From Synechocystis sp. PCC 6803 substr. PCC-P (GTDB lineage: Bacteria > Cyanobacteriota > Cyanobacteriia > Cyanobacteriales > Microcystaceae), in the NCBI RefSeq assembly GCF_000284455.1, contig NC_017039.1:2820001-2852000 (forward strand): a stretch of DNA of 32,000 nt, given 5' to 3'. A program made the position numbers and the translations under genes. The notes under the pieces are model-generated. The model was not told the DNA's origin. It did not search any database and saw nothing but the letters and a program-made list of their open reading frames with translations. Position 1 is the stretch's first letter; the number at the start of each line of letters is the position of its first letter. Below, piece by piece: positions 28,159-32,000 of the stretch.

Positions 28159-29565
28159 TTAGGGCATAAATTGGAGCGGTAGTTGGCGGGGCTGGTTCCC
28201 TTGCAACTGTTGCTCCATTTGATGTGCCAACGCTAGGACTAAAGCATCGGCGGCGGGCTTACCAATAATTTGCACACTGAGGGGTAAACCCTGGTCATCA
28301 AATCCCACCGGAATGGCGATCGCCGGTAGGCCGGCCGCATTGGCGGGGGGGCAGGGGGCAATCCATTCAATAATTTTCTGCACCACGTCGGGGGGCGATA
28401 GATGGGTCCATTCCCCGATTTTTGGGGGCCGATGATTAAAAACGGGCAAAATTAGGGCGTCATACTGTTCCATAAAGCCGACAATTTGGCGGGAAATCAC
28501 CTGCATATTCCTTACCCCCCGCAGATAGTCCCCCGCAGTGCCACTGGTTTCCCCTAACCACTGATTAACCGATTCCAACAGGGGTAAAGGAATGCCGGAA
28601 GCCCCCACCCCAGCTTTCCAAATTTGGGCAAAGGGTTCAATTAAACTAGTGACATCAAAACAGGCTTCCTCCAATTGATGCCCTAGATTTTCGCAAACGG
28701 CGATCACCTTGGCCACAGCCCCTTGAATCTCAGAAGAACTGCTAAAGGGAGGTAGGGAAAAAGCATAGGCCAGGCGCAGTTGCCCAGGGGTTTCCCCCGT
28801 GGTCTCCACAAAAGGGCGATCGGGGGACGGTAGCCAATAGGGATCCCCTGTGATGTAACCTTCCATGACGTCCAACAGAGCCGCCGCCTCCAACACAGTG
28901 CGACTGAGGGGACCATGGCAGGCAATGCCACTCTGGTAATCTCCCACTGGAGCCTGGGATACCCGGCCACGACTGGGTTTAAAGCCCACTAAGCTGCAAC
29001 AAGCTGCTGGAGTTCTCACAGAGCCGCCACCGTCGGAGCCCTGGGCAATGGGCACCAAACCCGCCGCCACCGCCGCCGCACTGCCACCGCTAGATCCCCC
29101 CGCGTTATAGTCCAAATGCCAAGGATTGCGGGCCGGTAAAAATCCTGGGGGTTCGGTGTAGGGAAATGACCCCAGTTGGGAAGTGACGGTTTTACCCACG
29201 ATGGTGAATCCCGCCGCTTTCATTTTGGCCACAACACCGTCATCGTAGGTGGCTAAATTTTCCTTCAGGGCTGACACCCCGTAGCTCACCGGCATGTCAG
29301 CAACGCAGTTTAAATCCTTCACCGCAATGGGTACGCCAAAAAATGGTGGCAAAGGTTCAGAATTACCCATTCCCGCTAAATATTTGGTTTTCTGCTTCGC
29401 ATCGGCGATCGCCGACTCCCAGGCCACGTGGGCAAAACTGCCTACTGTTTGATCATATTTCCCCAGGCGATCGAGATAATACTGGGTGATTTCCAAAGGA
29501 GAAACCTGGCGAGTGCGGACTAATTGGGCTAAGTCGAGGGCGCTTAGTAAACAAAAATCAGTCAT
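28159..29565 (-). CDS. Amidase-signature (AS) family amidase
   Basis: The AS motifs [14 protein letters not shown] and [12 protein letters not shown] are present, with the catalytic Lys context IAVKDL. The start at Met41 ([16 protein letters not shown], nt 29565) fits the family N-terminus better than the ORF start at 29685. Confidence 0.8.
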   Translation of the reverse strand: MTDFCLLSALDLAQLVRTRQVSPLEITQYYLDRLGKYDQTVGSFAHVAWESAIADAKQKTKYLAGMGNSEPLPPFFGVPIAVKDLNCVADMPVSYGVSALKENLATYDDGVVAKMKAAGFTIVGKTVTSQLGSFPYTEPPGFLPARNPWHLDYNAGGSSGGSAAAVAAGLVPIAQGSDGGGSVRTPAACCSLVGFKPSRGRVSQAPVGDYQSGIACHGPLSRTVLEAAALLDVMEGYITGDPYWLPSPDRPFVETTGETPGQLRLAYAFSLPPFSSSSEIQGAVAKVIAVCENLGHQLEEACFDVTSLIEPFAQIWKAGVGASGIPLPLLESVNQWLGETSGTAGDYLRGVRNMQVISRQIVGFMEQYDALILPVFNHRPPKIGEWTHLSPPDVVQKIIEWIAPCPPANAAGLPAIAIPVGFDDQGLPLSVQIIGKPAADALVLALAHQMEQQLQGNQPRQLPLQFMP

Positions 29566-29681
29566 TTTAAAATTGGCAAATAATTGGCGGTTAGAAAAAT
29601 TAGAAAAATTAAAAGGCAAAGGCTTTAAAACCTTAACGTAATCCGGCAGCACTGACTCCCTATCAGCCTGTCTCCGCATAA

Positions 29682-31187
29682 TCAACTAACTGTATTACCC
29701 AAAATTCGTTCAATATCCGCTTCGGAAAGTTTTTGCAGATAATTAATTTTAAATTCTTCGAGGAAATCAATTAATAATTCTTCAATGTCTTCTAGGTGGT
29801 GTTGTTGATTCAATTCCACATTAAGTTCCATGGTCAGCTTAGTCAGTAAATTTTCCAGTAGTCGATCAAATTCCTTATCCTGTTCTAGAAAGCTCTGTAG
29901 AGTAGTCAGTATGCGCTCGTAGGATATTGCAATCATATTGGCCATTATTTCCCGCTGCATATTTTTTACTCCAGGCAAACTCTGTAACTGGGTGTAACCC
30001 TGAATTTGTCCTAGGGAAGACTGCATATTATATAGCATAAAATCTCGTACTTCTGGTTCTACTTCTGGCAATACTTTTTGCAATAAAACCTGGGAAACAA
30101 TTCTAATGACTTCTACTAACTCATTGCGGTTATTAATATCAATATATTGGGTGGTTTTGGCTCGGTCTAAAAATTTTCGCAGGGCTCCTTCCCGCACTAA
30201 TTGTTGCATTTGTTCCACCAGCCGCACCACAATTACCTCTGTCATATCTTCAGCAATGATGGCAACAAAACCCTGGGTAGCCTGCCCTTTAACTTTATTC
30301 AAATCCATTAATTTAGCTTTATCTAGCCGCACGGTGAGGGGAATAATGCGCAGCCAACGGAAAAATGGTAAAAACAAAAAGAAATCATACCAACGCCACA
30401 GCATGGCATCGACCCAACTGACCCCCCGGTAACGCAGGCTAATTAAACGGGTACGTCCCAGAAAGTCTATTAAGAAAATCAGGAAAAAGGGAAAATCAAT
30501 TAAGGCAAAATTATCCACTGGCTGGCCATTTTCCCCAATTTCTCGGAAATAGTTAGTGGCAATCAGAGGTCTAATTTCTTGGTCAAAAAATACTAGCTGG
30601 TTAGTTAGTCCGTTTTTAAGCAGGTAATCCTTAGACCAAAAGGTTTCAAAGGATTCGGTGGCAGATGCATCGGTGGAACCAAAAACATGGAGCCGCATAA
30701 GATTTTTGATCCGCTCAAAAGTGCCGGTTTTATTGGCAATTTGGAAGGGATTTTCGATAATCATTTGGGCACTGTCTTGGCGTAATTCCGCGAGAATGTT
30801 ATCAATTTCCTGCGCCTGTTGTACGTTGCCAGCCCCATCCAAGGCCTGTTCATCTAGTTTGCTATTTAATTCATCCACCAGTTCTAAATAGGCAGCGGTG
30901 GAACGGTAAGGTTCAATGCCTTTTACCCAATCGTAGTATGGGGTAATGTTGAAAGGAAAAATCCGCACGGGCCGCTTGGGAAATACCCGCTGGAAAGGGC
31001 CGACTTTAACTGAAAGCTGCACTGTCCCCTGTAACCAAAAATCCCGCAATGGGATATAGGTCAAATCAAACAAAACTAAACTGTAATTGGCAAGCAAAAT
31101 TAGAGCCAATATACGCTCATACCAAAGAGGTACTGCTAGATGTTTTTTGGATCGGTCAAAGGGACGGGGCATAGTTGGAAATGGCAA
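29682..31187 (-). CDS. Hypothetical membrane protein with a voltage-sensor-like S1-S4 helix pattern and a long helical cytoplasmic C-terminus
   Basis: There are four hydrophobic helices (residues ~21-45, 227-245, 257-276, 277-290). The segment FFLIFLIDFLGRTRL...WYDFFLFLPFFRWLRIIPLTVRLDK resembles S2-S3-S4 of ion-transport proteins. No pore module follows. Confidence 0.6.
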   Translation of the reverse strand: MPFPTMPRPFDRSKKHLAVPLWYERILALILLANYSLVLFDLTYIPLRDFWLQGTVQLSVKVGPFQRVFPKRPVRIFPFNITPYYDWVKGIEPYRSTAAYLELVDELNSKLDEQALDGAGNVQQAQEIDNILAELRQDSAQMIIENPFQIANKTGTFERIKNLMRLHVFGSTDASATESFETFWSKDYLLKNGLTNQLVFFDQEIRPLIATNYFREIGENGQPVDNFALIDFPFFLIFLIDFLGRTRLISLRYRGVSWVDAMLWRWYDFFLFLPFFRWLRIIPLTVRLDKAKLMDLNKVKGQATQGFVAIIAEDMTEVIVVRLVEQMQQLVREGALRKFLDRAKTTQYIDINNRNELVEVIRIVSQVLLQKVLPEVEPEVRDFMLYNMQSSLGQIQGYTQLQSLPGVKNMQREIMANMIAISYERILTTLQSFLEQDKEFDRLLENLLTKLTMELNVELNQQHHLEDIEELLIDFLEEFKINYLQKLSEADIERILGNTVS

Positions 31188-31438
31188 AATGCTTGAATGA
31201 TGGCCGCTAACCAGACTTTAAGGTTAGCCATGGAAAGCCTCCCTGGCAGAAGTTTTGGGAGATTAGCTCGGAGTGCTCACCATTGCAGGGAAAAATAAGG
31301 TTTCAGCAATAGCCTCTAATGGCAAAGGCAAAAACAATTGGGAAACTGTTCCGTCCCAATTCTAGGCAAGAAATTCCCAATGGTAAAATCATGGGGGTAT
31401 AGATATCTTGTTTTTTAGCTAATTGCAATACTCCAACC

Positions 31439-32000
31439 ATGCGCCTGAACTTTTCCCGGACTTTGTTTTTTGCCGCCATTATGGGTGGATTTGCGTTGGC
31501 TATGGGTAAGGCCCAGCCCTTTTTTCCTAGCAATTCTGTTCAAGCCATGGAAACTTCCAAGTCCCAATCCCTTCAAGGTACTACTTGGTATATTAGCGGT
31601 TGGCCTAGCGCCCCAGTGCCAGGCAGTGCTCCGATTACTTTGCAGTTCAAGGGCGCACCGCATAGCGGATCTCTGCGAGATCGCCTGACGGGAACAGCAG
31701 GTTGCAATACTTTTAATGGTGCCTATACCAGCGGTGATGGTAACTTGACCATTAACCAAGCTCTGGCCACAACCCGTAAAGCCTGTACCGCCGAGGTGAT
31801 GGCCCAGGAACAAAGATTTTTACAACTTCTGCCCCAAGTAACGTCCTATAGCATCGGGAACGATGGGCAACTGACATTAACGTATCTAAAGGATGGGGAA
31901 CAGGGTAGCATTAGTTTCATTCCCGCCAATCAGTACAGCGCTCTCCACAACAGTCAATGGGAACTGGTGACCATGGCCGGTGTGGAACCCATTGCTAACG
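31439..32000 (+). CDS. META-domain (HslJ-like) secreted protein, 5' part; the ORF runs off the right window edge
   Basis: My own translation from ATG 31439 gives MRLNFSRTLFFAAIMGGFALAMGKAQ (signal peptide), then TTWYISGW...GTAGCNTFNGAYTSGDGNLTI...TRKAC, and a second SQWELVTMAG unit. GCNxFxGxY is typical of META domains. The ORF is absent from the track because it has no stop within the window. Confidence 0.65.
   Translation, partial: MRLNFSRTLFFAAIMGGFALAMGKAQPFFPSNSVQAMETSKSQSLQGTTWYISGWPSAPVPGSAPITLQFKGAPHSGSLRDRLTGTAGCNTFNGAYTSGDGNLTINQALATTRKACTAEVMAQEQRFLQLLPQVTSYSIGNDGQLTLTYLKDGEQGSISFIPANQYSALHNSQWELVTMAGVEPIAN

Noticed and set aside
29591-29608. Tandem 9-mer TTAGAAAAA x2 between the membrane-protein gene and the likely amidase start.
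   Set aside because: There are only two copies in an AT-rich spacer, which is expected by chance. It also falls inside the longer alternative amidase ORF.
31415-31813. 132-aa minus-strand ORF and 72-aa + ORF (31470-31688) at the right end.
   Set aside because: A different + frame starting at ATG 31439 stays open to the window edge. It encodes a signal peptide plus META-domain motifs, so the listed ORFs are shadows of it.
1-32000. Scan for CRISPR arrays, IS elements or transposases, rRNA or tRNA genes, toxin-antitoxin pairs and known phage-defence gene architectures.
   Set aside because: I found no regularly spaced direct repeats, no transposase- or integrase-like ORFs and no RNA gene signatures. 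I also found no small adjacent ORF pairs typical of toxin-antitoxin modules. The window is a syntenic-looking housekeeping region.

Overview
The window reads as core chromosomal DNA of a Synechocystis sp. PCC 6803-type cyanobacterium. Three things support this: 27 perfect copies of the HIP1 octamer GCGATCGC (counted by eye), a DnaB helicase interrupted by a 429-aa intein, and a BicA-type SulP transporter. I recall locus tags such as sll0541 desC, sll0834 bicA, slr0833 dnaB and slr0839 hemH, but that is memory, not a search. I support 29 protein-coding genes, two of them cut by the window edges, plus one intein, one putative promoter and two putative terminators. Most genes are housekeeping or envelope functions: desC, a YnbB-like PLP enzyme, an MliC-like protein, a PstS-like binding protein, a Fcl-like epimerase, an S9 peptidase, rpmG-rpsR, alr, a PAS/GGDEF sensor, bicA, a lone ABC permease, a YqgF-like nuclease, dnaB, a MoxR ATPase, rfbB, an EF-G paralog, purM, a methyltransferase, hemH, an amidase and a META-domain protein. 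I saw no rRNA, tRNA, CRISPR array, transposase or IS element. I did not find a convincing novel multi-gene system. The items most worth a second look are: (1) a 501-aa membrane protein whose helices resemble a voltage-sensor domain with no pore module; (2) an EF-G paralog whose catalytic His is replaced by Ser; (3) a secreted protein with a DUF4105-type NCT motif in an AT-richer stretch; (4) a 52-nt convergent overlap between bicA and the diguanylate cyclase gene; (5) a cluster of ATAG/CTAT inverted repeats upstream of bicA; (6) two Tyr/Asn-rich low-complexity proteins of opposite charge. All homology calls rest on motif recognition by eye and need database confirmation.
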